From the IMG/VR virus record IMGVR_UViG_3300005253_001911: a DNA stretch of 64,000 nt; one strand, 5' to 3'. Made by a program: the position numbers and the translations under genes. Of the stretch, positions 8,897 through 18,945 are shown piece after piece. How positions within the stretch are numbered: position 1 is the stretch's first letter; every line of letters starts with the position of its first letter. This stretch comes from an uncultured virus (IMG/VR IMGVR_UViG_3300005253_001911) (taxonomy: Duplodnaviria; Heunggongvirae; Uroviricota; Caudoviricetes). The notes beneath the pieces were generated by a model, which ran no database searches, was not told the origin of the DNA, and saw only the letters and a list, made by a program, of their open reading frames with translations.

Positions 8897-9727
8897 TTAT
8901 TTTCTCAACTTAGCTTTTATTTCTTCTTCCTCAGGAGTAATTGTCCAATCACCGGTGCCCATAGCTTGTTCCAATGCTCTAACATGAGCACCTATTTTAA
9001 GTATCCCAGAAGTCTCTATAGAGGCAGCTTGATCACTTCCATACATAGATCTGTCCAACGTCATATGAAATTCTATCATCTCAGCCCCTAGAACAGACGC
9101 GGCTAAACACATTTGAATACCTGAATTATGATTACTAAATCCAATTTTATATCTCGGATACTCTTCTTTAAGTGTTTTAATAAAATTCAAATTCATATCC
9201 TCATTTTTCGTAGGATAAGTACTTTTACAAGCTAGAATATATTCTACTTGATTACCAAAAAGGTTCAAACAACTATCTACCTCATCTTTAGTACTCATAC
9301 CTACCGAAATTATAACAGGAATATCTGACTCTTTAATAGCAGTCAGTAATTCATAATCAGTTATAGAAGCACTGGCTACCTTTATATAAGATACATCAAA
9401 TCGGTTCAAAAAATCAACAGATTTAACATCCCACGGGGAAGCAAACCAACCCTTTAAATGATCCTTCTTTCTAACATAACTATTAATTTGGGTATAATCA
9501 ATTATATCAAATTCTATACCTCTCTTCTGTTCTCCCTGTGTAGTTCCCCACGGACTCTCCCTAGGTGAATCTAAAAATTCCTTTGTATATACACTGTTTA
9601 TAACTCTCTTTTGAAATTTAACATAATCCAGCTCCGCTAAGTTAGCCATATCAATCATTTTTTTAGCTAAATCCATATCTCCATTATGATTAATTCCAAT
9701 CTCCGCGACTATAATTATATTACTCAT
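8897..9727 (-). CDS. neuB: N-acetylneuraminate/nonulosonate synthase, short form without C-terminal SAF domain
   Basis: AEIGINHNGD, VKFQKR, KVASA, STYP, GFSNH, IEFHMTLDRSMYGSDQ. Confidence 0.92.
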   Translation of the reverse strand: MSNIIIVAEIGINHNGDMDLAKKMIDMANLAELDYVKFQKRVINSVYTKEFLDSPRESPWGTTQGEQKRGIEFDIIDYTQINSYVRKKDHLKGWFASPWDVKSVDFLNRFDVSYIKVASASITDYELLTAIKESDIPVIISVGMSTKDEVDSCLNLFGNQVEYILACKSTYPTKNEDMNLNFIKTLKEEYPRYKIGFSNHNSGIQMCLAASVLGAEMIEFHMTLDRSMYGSDQAASIETSGILKIGAHVRALEQAMGTGDWTITPEEEEIKAKLRK

Positions 9728-10469
9728 TTATAATTTCTCCCTTCTCTATATCATAGTATTGTAAATCAGGGTATAAAGCTGTGTTTTTATGTCCTACAAG
9801 AAAAGTGCCACCATATTTACTCATTCTTTTTTTAGAAAACCATACTATAAAATTCTTAATATGAGCAGTATTATGAGGAGCATCAGGGTCCTTATCCTCA
9901 TGATCTTTATTCCATTGACAATGAGTTTCCCCGTATTCTGGCCTATCTGTCCAGAAATAACGAGAATCATACATATCTACCCCAAAAAATATTACTTTTT
10001 TATATTTAAATCTTGCAAATAATTCTAATAGCATAGTCATAGACGAATTGAGATTGCATGTTAACGTATTTGGATCACTACTAGGTGTGTATTTTGGCAC
10101 AATAGGTTTCTTCACTGTATTTATTTTGTACATTCTATAAGAATAAACTAGTTTATCATGCCCTATAACATCCAAAAGATAAGTTCTTTCTTGATTAACA
10201 ATGAAAGTTACGTCCTTATAATCATCACGAGCAGCTATTCTCCTTTTTATAACATCTCTATTATATTTTTTAACTTCCGGATGATAAAATTTAGGTACAA
10301 ATGGATGATATACCCAATTATTTATAGCCCAAGTATCGGTTTTCGAAATTGCTTCCCACTGCTCATCTGTTATATTATTAATTGATGGGCCACTACCAAG
10401 AAATACAGCAGTGTGAGATCCCCTTAACCCATATATATCTTTTATTTTATTCATTCGAGCCTCCGGCAT
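9720..10469 (-). CDS. Maf/DUF115-like putative nonulosonate transferase
   Basis: FLGSGPSIN...AIN and FFGVDM motifs; adjacent to neuB and neuA. Confidence 0.55.
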   Translation of the reverse strand: MPEARMNKIKDIYGLRGSHTAVFLGSGPSINNITDEQWEAISKTDTWAINNWVYHPFVPKFYHPEVKKYNRDVIKRRIAARDDYKDVTFIVNQERTYLLDVIGHDKLVYSYRMYKINTVKKPIVPKYTPSSDPNTLTCNLNSSMTMLLELFARFKYKKVIFFGVDMYDSRYFWTDRPEYGETHCQWNKDHEDKDPDAPHNTAHIKNFIVWFSKKRMSKYGGTFLVGHKNTALYPDLQYYDIEKGEIINE

Positions 10470-10470
10470 T

Positions 10471-11457
10471 CTATTTTAAATATAACCATTTTTTATGTTT
10501 TAATGTCCACTCAACTGTCTTTTTAAGAGCTTCATCAACAGACATAGGAATTTTATATCCCATATTTTCTAACTTGCTGCCGTCCAAGGCATATCTTAAG
10601 TCATGTCCAGGTCTTGAACTGTGAAAATCTACTATCTCATATTTTAATTTCGCGGCCATAATATCAGCTATCATTTGGGCAAGTTCTAAATTGGACAGCT
10701 CTTTTTCTCCTACTATATTATATATTTCCCGCTGTTCATATTTATCTAATAACCAATGAACTGCACTCGCTACATTCCTAGCATGAATATAAAAACGCGA
10801 ACCAGCTTTTTTCCTATCAGCAGTTCCATGTATAGTTACAACTTCACCATGCTTAATTTTTCTAATACACAGAGGAATAAATTTTTCTGGGTGTTGTCTT
10901 TCTCCAAACACATTCATACAATGTGTAATAAATCCTGGCAGCTCATAAGTATTCATATAAGCCAAGCACAGCTGCTCAGCTCCAGCTTTTGTTGCAGCAT
11001 ATGGATTTGTACAATTATATCTATCCCATTCTTTATAATTAACTCCTTCCGGAGCTGGCCCAAATACCTCATCAGTGCTAAAATAACCAAACGCTTTCAA
11101 ATTATTACATTTCCGAGCAAACTCTAACATGTGTAGAGTTCCTACCACATTAGACATTACAAAAGGCTCCGCACTATCTATCGATCTATCCACATGGGTC
11201 TCAGCAGCAAAGTGTAAAATATAGTCTACATCTCCACATTCTTTCTGAATCCCTTCAGATATTGGTAAAGTTATATCAGTAGTAAAAAATCTCACTCTTT
11301 TATTATCAAATGCGTTGATATCCCTAACTCTATCAAGGCCATTAGCGGCATAAGTTAGTTTGTCAAGAATGTAAATTTCAAAATCCGTCTCCTTCAGATA
11401 ATGCTCAACGTTATGAGCACCGATAAATCCGCAGCCGCCAGTTATCATTATTTTCAT
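10471..11457 (-). CDS. rfbB: dTDP-glucose 4,6-dehydratase
   Basis: TGGCGFIG, LDKLTYA, HFAAETHVDRSI, STDEVFG, PYAATK, PEKFIP, RPGHDLRYA. Confidence 0.9.
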   Translation of the reverse strand: MKIMITGGCGFIGAHNVEHYLKETDFEIYILDKLTYAANGLDRVRDINAFDNKRVRFFTTDITLPISEGIQKECGDVDYILHFAAETHVDRSIDSAEPFVMSNVVGTLHMLEFARKCNNLKAFGYFSTDEVFGPAPEGVNYKEWDRYNCTNPYAATKAGAEQLCLAYMNTYELPGFITHCMNVFGERQHPEKFIPLCIRKIKHGEVVTIHGTADRKKAGSRFYIHARNVASAVHWLLDKYEQREIYNIVGEKELSNLELAQMIADIMAAKLKYEIVDFHSSRPGHDLRYALDGSKLENMGYKIPMSVDEALKKTVEWTLKHKKWLYLK

Positions 11458-11473
11458 AGTTTCAATCCTTCCT

Positions 11474-12421
11474 CTATATAAGTTTTTTAGCTCGTACTAG
11501 AAATTCCTTCATCCTGTTTTCATAGGTCATAGGCTCAACATGCTTCCTGGCGTTTTTTAAAATTCTTAATCTACCCTTTTCGTTATTCAAATAAAAATCA
11601 CATTTGTCTTTAAATTCCTCAAAAGTTTCAAACATAACTATGTTTTCACCGTCAATAAAACCTAAGTTTTCTGCGTCACCACTCTTCTGACCTATATGAA
11701 GTGCATTGCACATAGGAATTTCATAGTATTTAGTAAAGGTCATGCCCACAAAAGTCTTTTTATAAAACCACCTATGCTCTATCTGACAAGTGCTTACGCC
11801 TATTTTACATTGATTAATTCTTTTACTAAAACCCATAGGCGATAATCCCTTAATCATTATATGGTTATATTTACTCGCAGATAAATATTTATTTATTTTT
11901 TTTCTTATATTTATTTTAAAATTACTAGCAGGAATACAAGTATCATATTTAACAGATTCTCCATAATTCCTATGTATAGCAGTGTTATAGGACCAGGGAA
12001 TCCAAATATAATTCATATCCCTATCGAAATAGTCTTTAAAACATGAAATAGTACTACCATTATTAACTAAAATAACATCAAATTTATGATGATTAGCTCT
12101 GTCGTTGTATATCGAATTTGTTAATCTAGTATGACAATCTCCTGAAGACACAACTGTAGGAATACCATATTCATATAGGGGTCGCATTTTCAAGGAATCT
12201 ACAGACGGGCCTACAAAATTTTTATAGATGAAATCAAAATCATGCTTCTTAATCAGTGCTGCTATCTTCTTATCTATAAGAGCTGGGTCTTTCAATTTAA
12301 CAATATCAACAAAAATTACATCTGCCTGTTTATGTAATTCATCAAATACAGATTGGTCATTGCTGTACCTAGCATTTGGTGGTGTGTAAGATAGACGCAA
12401 TATTTTTAATTTTCTATCCAT
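11474..12421 (-). CDS. CgeB-like GT-B glycosyltransferase
   Basis: C-terminal KYYEIPMC...GFIDGENIVMF...FYLNNEKGR...TYENR. Confidence 0.7.
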   Translation of the reverse strand: MDRKLKILRLSYTPPNARYSNDQSVFDELHKQADVIFVDIVKLKDPALIDKKIAALIKKHDFDFIYKNFVGPSVDSLKMRPLYEYGIPTVVSSGDCHTRLTNSIYNDRANHHKFDVILVNNGSTISCFKDYFDRDMNYIWIPWSYNTAIHRNYGESVKYDTCIPASNFKINIRKKINKYLSASKYNHIMIKGLSPMGFSKRINQCKIGVSTCQIEHRWFYKKTFVGMTFTKYYEIPMCNALHIGQKSGDAENLGFIDGENIVMFETFEEFKDKCDFYLNNEKGRLRILKNARKHVEPMTYENRMKEFLVRAKKLI

Positions 12422-13017
12422 TTTTTATACTCCTCTACACCTATCAAATTTAATATTTCTTTTCTATTTCTGTTAAAGTATTTCCATTTCAAACATTCTT
12501 CAATGTCAACATCCGTTTTATACAATTCCTGTTTGCCTCTTCTTATAACACCACATCCAAAATCAACATTTACCACAAATATGCTCAGATCATTTCTAAA
12601 ATATCTAAGTTTAAAAACAGATTTCCACCCATCACCCGTCCACCGGCCAGCTATTCTTGGCCTGGATTGCATAGATACTATGGTGGGATTACAGTCATGT
12701 ATTACTACAGTACCATTATCATTTAAATGTTTCAATGAATTTACAATGTCTTTGTCTATCTGCTCAAAATGATGTAACCCATCTATAAAAACCAAGTCGT
12801 ACCTTTTATCCTTACCAATCTGATTAAAAAAATCATCTGATGTCATAACAAATTTATTGCCTGATACTGGTGGTCGGCGCCATTCTGGATCCACGCCGTC
12901 TTTATCTTCAATTAATATCACATCAAAGTTATTTTTAGGATTCTTGACACCTATCTCCAGGTATGAAGTATAGTTGTATTTTTTTACTAACCCATTAATA
13001 ACACCTGTTCTATTCAT
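12406..13017 (-). CDS. Class I SAM methyltransferase (Methyltransf_24-like)
   Basis: SYLEIGV, GVDP, TSDDFF, DLVFIDGLH, IHDCNP, WTGDGWK. Confidence 0.85.
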   Translation of the reverse strand: MNRTGVINGLVKKYNYTSYLEIGVKNPKNNFDVILIEDKDGVDPEWRRPPVSGNKFVMTSDDFFNQIGKDKRYDLVFIDGLHHFEQIDKDIVNSLKHLNDNGTVVIHDCNPTIVSMQSRPRIAGRWTGDGWKSVFKLRYFRNDLSIFVVNVDFGCGVIRRGKQELYKTDVDIEECLKWKYFNRNRKEILNLIGVEEYKKWIEN

Positions 13018-13693
13018 TCTCCATATACTTCAACTTTTCAAGATATTTTTTATATCGCTCTTTTTTAGGCCCAAATACAGATTTATGCGCGCTCCACACA
13101 TACGCATCGTTACAAGCATCAGGATCTAAATATTTTCTTGATATTAACAAGAAATTCATGCCATTCTTTTTCTCTTCATATATCTTAGCCAGTGTGGGCT
13201 GGTCATTTTCATGCTTCAATTTGCCTATCATTGCCCTTTTATAGTATTCTTCTAAATATTTTTTAGCGTTATCAGTATTACTAATTGCTATAAAACCACT
13301 CATTATTTTATTGATGTTAACCCAAACAAATCCTACATCGTAATTTTTCATTTTCTTTTTTAATCCACCTAATTCTTGTACAAGCATCATATCTATATCC
13401 ATACTAATAAACAACTTTTCATTCTCAAATCGATTCATCGTATCTAATAAAAATTTACCCTTTCTACATACTAACTGATATAACCAACGCGTGGCTATTT
13501 TTGGATCAAACTCCATCGACATGTTTTCTACATAAAGAACACTACTAAATGACTTTAGTTCATCGACCTGTTGTTTAGACAAATTAAAAGTGTAGAGAGT
13601 AAATTTTACTTCTGGCTCATATACTGCAAACGACCTAATTAATAATGGCGCCCAGTAATAATAACCACTATCGAAATATAACATTACAATCAT
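13010..13693 (-). CDS. Putative GT-A fold glycosyltransferase (DxD)
   Basis: SMDIDMML, IMSGFI, NDQPTL. Confidence 0.6.
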   Translation of the reverse strand: MIVMLYFDSGYYYWAPLLIRSFAVYEPEVKFTLYTFNLSKQQVDELKSFSSVLYVENMSMEFDPKIATRWLYQLVCRKGKFLLDTMNRFENEKLFISMDIDMMLVQELGGLKKKMKNYDVGFVWVNINKIMSGFIAISNTDNAKKYLEEYYKRAMIGKLKHENDQPTLAKIYEEKKNGMNFLLISRKYLDPDACNDAYVWSAHKSVFGPKKERYKKYLEKLKYMENE

Positions 13694-13697
13694 ATCA

Positions 13698-14417
13698 CTA
13701 CTCCTTCTTTTGTAGGTTCACGTATACATCAATTAATTTTTTTGAATAGGGTAGTTGAATAAAATCAGATATCTTATCCAGCCCGCCAGATTTCAAATCT
13801 TCGAACTTCACTTCAATATATGTATTATTATCTAATTTTTTCTTTAATTTTTCCCACTGTAGTTTGGTCTCATCCCAATACCATTCTAATTTTTGTTTAC
13901 CAGTATAATTATTCCAATTTTTTACCCGATTAATAGCAAAGGCATCCAAAGGTGTATAAAAAACGGTTGCCCATAATTTATTATAAAATTCTTCGTAATT
14001 ATTCCTATGCTTTCTGTGGTCTTTAAATCTACCTAAAAAAGAAGCAATAACATCTGCCTTGTTTCTCTCTAAATAAATAATTTTATAGTTACATTTCAAA
14101 TAGGGTAGACTATGTCCAAAAAATCTTCCTATTTTATGATCAGTAATAAAATATTTACTATCGTTTGAACATTCAAAATTATATAATTTCATTTCTAAAA
14201 ATTCTCGCTGAATTTCTATAGATTCAGTGCTATCTAACACAAGTTTTTTTAATCTATAAATTGGAAATCCAGTCCAATTTTCATGTGTAATAAAATCTTG
14301 ATTAATATTGTAAATTCTGTTCTTTGACCAAGCATTCATTCCAAAAACCTGAGCCAAAAATGCAGTGCCACTTCTACCTGTTGTAAATACACAAATAAAT
14401 GTCATGTCTTCCATCAT
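13698..14417 (-). CDS. Sulfotransferase-fold protein
   Basis: 5'-PSB loop TTGRSGTAFL, 3'-PB IIYLERN....ASF, VKFEDL. Start moved to follow the GAGGAG RBS. Confidence 0.7.
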   Translation of the reverse strand: MMEDMTFICVFTTGRSGTAFLAQVFGMNAWSKNRIYNINQDFITHENWTGFPIYRLKKLVLDSTESIEIQREFLEMKLYNFECSNDSKYFITDHKIGRFFGHSLPYLKCNYKIIYLERNKADVIASFLGRFKDHRKHRNNYEEFYNKLWATVFYTPLDAFAINRVKNWNNYTGKQKLEWYWDETKLQWEKLKKKLDNNTYIEVKFEDLKSGGLDKISDFIQLPYSKKLIDVYVNLQKKE

Positions 14418-14436
14418 ATACTCCTCAACCTGTATT

Positions 14437-15102
14437 TTATTCTTCAAGTTCAATATATAATATATGGTGTTTAAATATTCCTGCTGATGGTCTATACTTG
14501 AAATCATATTCTTTTATCACACCGCTATCTTTTAAACTATCTAATTCCTGAGTTAATAACGGAAGACTCACCGCCCAAGCTTTTGGTTTGATCATTTGAT
14601 CCATTTGTTTGAGTAACTCATCATCAAAACTTGGTCCAGTAAATATTATATATTTTTTCGCTACTCTAATCATTTCTTTAAGAGAATCCCATGATCCCCC
14701 CACATGCATACAAACATGAACTTGAATTAAAAGATCTACATAATTATCCGGGAACGGAATATTAAAAGTACTTCCAATTTTAAATTCCGAATCTATATCA
14801 TATTTTTCAAATATTTTCTTTGTGTGTTCTATCATATGTGGAGAAAAATCTAAACCCAAAACTTTGGACAATTTTTCCTTAAATGCCCATAAATAAAGAC
14901 CTGTCCCACAACCAATATCTAATAAAGATATTTTCTTTTCTTGTTTGTCTATCAATTCTTCTATTACTTTAAATACTTCAACAATGCCCTTATAATTTAT
15001 AGATTCACCCTTAGTCTTTTTAAACTCTTCATGATCTCCAAATATTGCATTAAGACTATCATATTTTTCTTTTTTTAACCAAATATCTAATTGTTTTTTC
15101 AT
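14437..15102 (-). CDS. Class I SAM methyltransferase
   Basis: LLDIGCGTG, GLDFS, IPFPDNYVDL, EMIRV. Confidence 0.85.
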   Translation of the reverse strand: MKKQLDIWLKKEKYDSLNAIFGDHEEFKKTKGESINYKGIVEVFKVIEELIDKQEKKISLLDIGCGTGLYLWAFKEKLSKVLGLDFSPHMIEHTKKIFEKYDIDSEFKIGSTFNIPFPDNYVDLLIQVHVCMHVGGSWDSLKEMIRVAKKYIIFTGPSFDDELLKQMDQMIKPKAWAVSLPLLTQELDSLKDSGVIKEYDFKYRPSAGIFKHHILYIELEE

Positions 15103-15135
15103 TATTACCCTCCTTTATATTTATACGAAATAACA

Positions 15136-15843
15136 TTAGTTTTTTTTAGATATCTCTTTTTCAGAAGAAACTATCAATAAACTACTTGCTTTTGCTTTAG
15201 TATTCTTTTCGAAAACTTTAGCACCCGTATATATATAATTAAACTCATTCATCATCTTTTCAAAAACATTAAGGTTATTTCTAGATACCTCTATCATTAT
15301 GTCTGGACTATATTCTTTAATAATATTAAACGCCCCTTTTAAAACATCAATCTCGAACGTCTCTACATCAATCTTTATAAAATCAACTTTTTCTTTTATG
15401 ATATCATCTAACAGCACAACAGAAACTTCGCCCTCATTACCTACTTCTTCCACTGAAATTCCCCAGCTATTTGCACCAGAATTACTAGATTTTCTTACAC
15501 AACACTTGCCAATTCCACTTGAAGATCCCGCAGCGACTCTATAAGTTGTGACATTTCTCAGATCATTTAATTCTATATTATCACATAGTACTTCGTACGA
15601 TCTTCTAGTGGGTTCAATAGATATTACTTTTTTTGCCTCTAAAACTTTAGAAAAATAAATAGTATGGTTGCCTATATGGGCCCCAACATCTACTACAACA
15701 CTTTCATCATTTATAATATCTTTTAAAAATCTAAGATAAGTTTCTTCAAAAAAATTTTTATGTTTTGTTATATATTTAAAAAGATACTCATGTTGATCAC
15801 AATTAATTTTTATATTGTGATTACCATACTTAAATTCTATCAT
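15136..15843 (-). CDS. FkbM-family methyltransferase
   Basis: VDVGAHIGNH, SIEP, FIKIDVETFE. Confidence 0.9.
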   Translation of the reverse strand: MIEFKYGNHNIKINCDQHEYLFKYITKHKNFFEETYLRFLKDIINDESVVVDVGAHIGNHTIYFSKVLEAKKVISIEPTRRSYEVLCDNIELNDLRNVTTYRVAAGSSSGIGKCCVRKSSNSGANSWGISVEEVGNEGEVSVVLLDDIIKEKVDFIKIDVETFEIDVLKGAFNIIKEYSPDIMIEVSRNNLNVFEKMMNEFNYIYTGAKVFEKNTKAKASSLLIVSSEKEISKKN

Positions 15844-16471
15844 TTTTTTCTCTCAATATTAATATATTTTCTTTAGTCATCCTTCCAGCAGCAAAAAATT
15901 GATTTTCAAATAAATATCTTTCATTAAAATAATCCCTAAAACTCTTCCTAAAATATTTATTTCTCCTTACACCAAAAACCATAGTACAATCACTAGTAGT
16001 TATTTGAAGTAAATCTTCTATATATTCTTCTATTTTACTATGAAATCCTACCGATAAAAATGACATAACAAAATCAATATTACTAAGTGTATTTAAATTT
16101 CTTTCTCTAATATCAAAGATTTCAAAATTAGTCATACCATGTTCACGTACAAATTTTTCAGTCAAAGACAAATCATTATAATAACTTTCTGCATTATTAA
16201 ATCCAAATTTTATATCTTCACTAACATAAGAGGTGTCAGCCAATATATAATGTATAGAAGGATCTTGTAGTTTACTGTTCAAATATACAGACATTCTTCC
16301 AAGACCACATCCTAATTCTAAAACATTTTTAGGCATTCCTACAAAATCTTTAAACAACTCATATTCAGACACACTCATACCTAAATAAGCATCCTCTTGT
16401 TTTATAGTCTGAGACACATGTAAAACAGCCATTTTTTTATACTCTTCAGTTATATTAAATTTGAAGCTCAT
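15830..16471 (-). CDS. Class I SAM methyltransferase
   Basis: VLELGCGLGR, ILAD, DFVMSFLSVGFH. Confidence 0.75.
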   Translation of the reverse strand: MSFKFNITEEYKKMAVLHVSQTIKQEDAYLGMSVSEYELFKDFVGMPKNVLELGCGLGRMSVYLNSKLQDPSIHYILADTSYVSEDIKFGFNNAESYYNDLSLTEKFVREHGMTNFEIFDIRERNLNTLSNIDFVMSFLSVGFHSKIEEYIEDLLQITTSDCTMVFGVRRNKYFRKSFRDYFNERYLFENQFFAAGRMTKENILILREKNDRI

Positions 16472-17406
16472 ACAATTTTCTCCATTATATTAATATATTT
16501 TTTAGCAGCATACTCGGCTGTTAATCCTTCTGGTAGTATAACTCTACGTTTATCCACAGCAATTTTTAACATAGCTTTCAAAATATTATTTTTAACATCA
16601 GTAGATAACTTATTATATGGATCTTTATAGATATAATCCGGTTCTAAAGATTCAGACTCTCCCGGCACAACTATACATCCTTCAGTTAATTCGCACATTT
16701 CAGTGGCGCCTCCACATGCGTTTGTGGTAATAACAGGCATACCAGCAGCAATAGCTTCGGTCACAGAGCTTGGACAAGAATCTTTTTTGGATAGATGTAG
16801 ATACATATCACAAGTCTTATATACTTCTCGTATTTCATCAAATTCTATTTTATTTTTGATATCACTATAAATTATATTAGGGTGTTTTACATGCCTAGTG
16901 CCCTTCCTCATAGGACCCAATATATATAACATAGCCTTTGGGCAATGATTTAAGAACTCATCAAATACCTCTATAGTTTCCTGTAATCTTTTATGTCGAC
17001 GCCACTTTGCACAACTAACAATATTTATACCATCATGTTCTTCAAAATTATCCCAATCAGCAGAATCAATTCCATTATACACCACATCATATATATTTGT
17101 TCTTCGTTTAGTTAAATATTTTTCACACATTCTTTGAGATAAATTACTTTGATAAACAACAGCATCCGCCTCACTATGAGCCTTACTTATTTCAATATTT
17201 CTTCCTTTATAATTTTCAGCTTTATCATAATATACACCATTTAGTCTCAAAATAATAGGTAGACTATTTTTAGACCTTATTCTTATTATAGATAACTGCA
17301 CATCAGCCCCCTTAGGATTACTTACAGCATTCCAGCCCATTTTATCACATGCCTCCATCATTCTCTTGACAGCGGCTTTTTGTCCAGCATCTATAAAAAT
17401 TTTCAT
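16468..17406 (-). CDS. GT4-family glycosyltransferase
   Basis: VYNGID, RHKRL, DSCPSSVTEAIAAGMPVI. Confidence 0.85.
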   Translation of the reverse strand: MKIFIDAGQKAAVKRMMEACDKMGWNAVSNPKGADVQLSIIRIRSKNSLPIILRLNGVYYDKAENYKGRNIEISKAHSEADAVVYQSNLSQRMCEKYLTKRRTNIYDVVYNGIDSADWDNFEEHDGINIVSCAKWRRHKRLQETIEVFDEFLNHCPKAMLYILGPMRKGTRHVKHPNIIYSDIKNKIEFDEIREVYKTCDMYLHLSKKDSCPSSVTEAIAAGMPVITTNACGGATEMCELTEGCIVVPGESESLEPDYIYKDPYNKLSTDVKNNILKAMLKIAVDKRRVILPEGLTAEYAAKKYINIMEKIV

Positions 17407-17431
17407 TTATTAATCACCAATATTCTATCAT

Positions 17432-18172
17432 TCATTTCTTTTTCTCTGCTCTCCTTTTTCTAGTATCCTCATAAATTTGTTTCCGCATTTTATTTACAAA
17501 TTCCCTATACGTAGCACCCTTATGGTGTAAAGATCTTGATAAATTGTCTACATGTAACCTATAACAATGTAATGCCTGATCTATAAAAAACAATTTGCCA
17601 ACTTCTTCCATTTTTAAAGTTAAATCTTTATCCACTGTTTGTTTCAATTTAGGGTTGATGCCTTCTGTCATATCATAATATTTTTTCTTGACTACCTTTA
17701 GATGGCTTATTCTGCCGCCCTTCTCAAAATAATTGTCTATTTGTTTTGTTTTATAAATTTTTTTTCGACTTAAATCTGCTTTACATTCCCAATAATTACT
17801 ATAAGTCATTGCAACTTCTGGGTGTTCTAAATGAGCCTTAACACTTACATTTATAGAATAATCTTCCGCCAGTGCATCATCCGAGTCAAGTATAACCACC
17901 AACTCACCCTTTGATTCTCTAATAGCTTCTCCTAGACTATAACCATACCCAATGTTTTCCCTATGAGTAATAATTCTTACTTTATCTTGTATACAATGAT
18001 CCTTTATACACTTATCAATTACCCCCAGTGAATTATCGGTAGAACAATCATTTACTATTACTAATTCCCAATTTAAATAATTTTGTATAGCAATACTTTT
18101 TATAGCATCTTTTATAAACACCTCTTGATTAAAACAGGTCATTGCTACACTGACTAATGGATTTTCGTTCAT
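17432..18172 (-). CDS. GT2-family glycosyltransferase
   Basis: PLVSVAMTCFN, VNDCSTD, LDSDD, VDKDL. Confidence 0.9.
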   Translation of the reverse strand: MNENPLVSVAMTCFNQEVFIKDAIKSIAIQNYLNWELVIVNDCSTDNSLGVIDKCIKDHCIQDKVRIITHRENIGYGYSLGEAIRESKGELVVILDSDDALAEDYSINVSVKAHLEHPEVAMTYSNYWECKADLSRKKIYKTKQIDNYFEKGGRISHLKVVKKKYYDMTEGINPKLKQTVDKDLTLKMEEVGKLFFIDQALHCYRLHVDNLSRSLHHKGATYREFVNKMRKQIYEDTRKRRAEKKK

Positions 18173-18945
18173 TTATTTTCCTCCCATTCTTCTATTTTAT
18201 ATCTCAAAAATCCAAATAATTTTTCGTTGTGTTTTTTATAATATTGTAATAAATCATTCCTAATCTCCGAAGACATTGGTTCATACTTACTACTCCATAC
18301 TTTATAGTTCTTAATCTTACCATCCTCGTTTAGATCAAGGGTTCTATTTGTAGCTACCTCGGATGTAGTTTCTTTGACTACCATATCGTGGTGTTCTACC
18401 CCCAAAAAATCACACAACTTATTCAACTCTCTATTAGTGTCCTCTTTCATACGTTCTTGAATAACAATATACAGACTTTTTTTAGGAAAAAACTTCATAA
18501 CACTATTCATTATCTGTAAATAATATGACCCACGACATAAATATCCTCTTTGTCTAGCTAAAGACATATCAAACGGCTTACTCAATTTACGGTGATGCAT
18601 TTGATACTCAGAATAAGCTCTATCAACTGGATTTCTAACATTAAGAACTAATTTTACATCGGGCATATGCTTCGCCATTCTTTTCATCGTCATTGGTTCT
18701 TCTATGTAGTTTGCAGATTTTTCACCACAACAGTCTCCAATAAACAATCCTTTATACCAATCTATTCCTTTGTTCCATGTCTTATGAGGAGCACCATTAT
18801 TCCAAAACCTTATCTCAGTCGAAGCAATTTTTGGATCCTCCCAATTTTTACACATATTAATGCCTGGATGTTTATTCAGATTATGCCATAATACAGTAGT
18901 GCCGCATTTCATACCCCCTATTATAACAAAATCTGGAAATTTCAT
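18169..18945 (-). CDS. Sulfotransferase (heparan-sulfate sulfotransferase-like domain)
   Basis: PDFVIIGGMKCGTT.L...L..HP, GEKSANY, RNPVDRAYSEY. Confidence 0.9.
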   Translation of the reverse strand: MKFPDFVIIGGMKCGTTVLWHNLNKHPGINMCKNWEDPKIASTEIRFWNNGAPHKTWNKGIDWYKGLFIGDCCGEKSANYIEEPMTMKRMAKHMPDVKLVLNVRNPVDRAYSEYQMHHRKLSKPFDMSLARQRGYLCRGSYYLQIMNSVMKFFPKKSLYIVIQERMKEDTNRELNKLCDFLGVEHHDMVVKETTSEVATNRTLDLNEDGKIKNYKVWSSKYEPMSSEIRNDLLQYYKKHNEKLFGFLRYKIEEWEENK

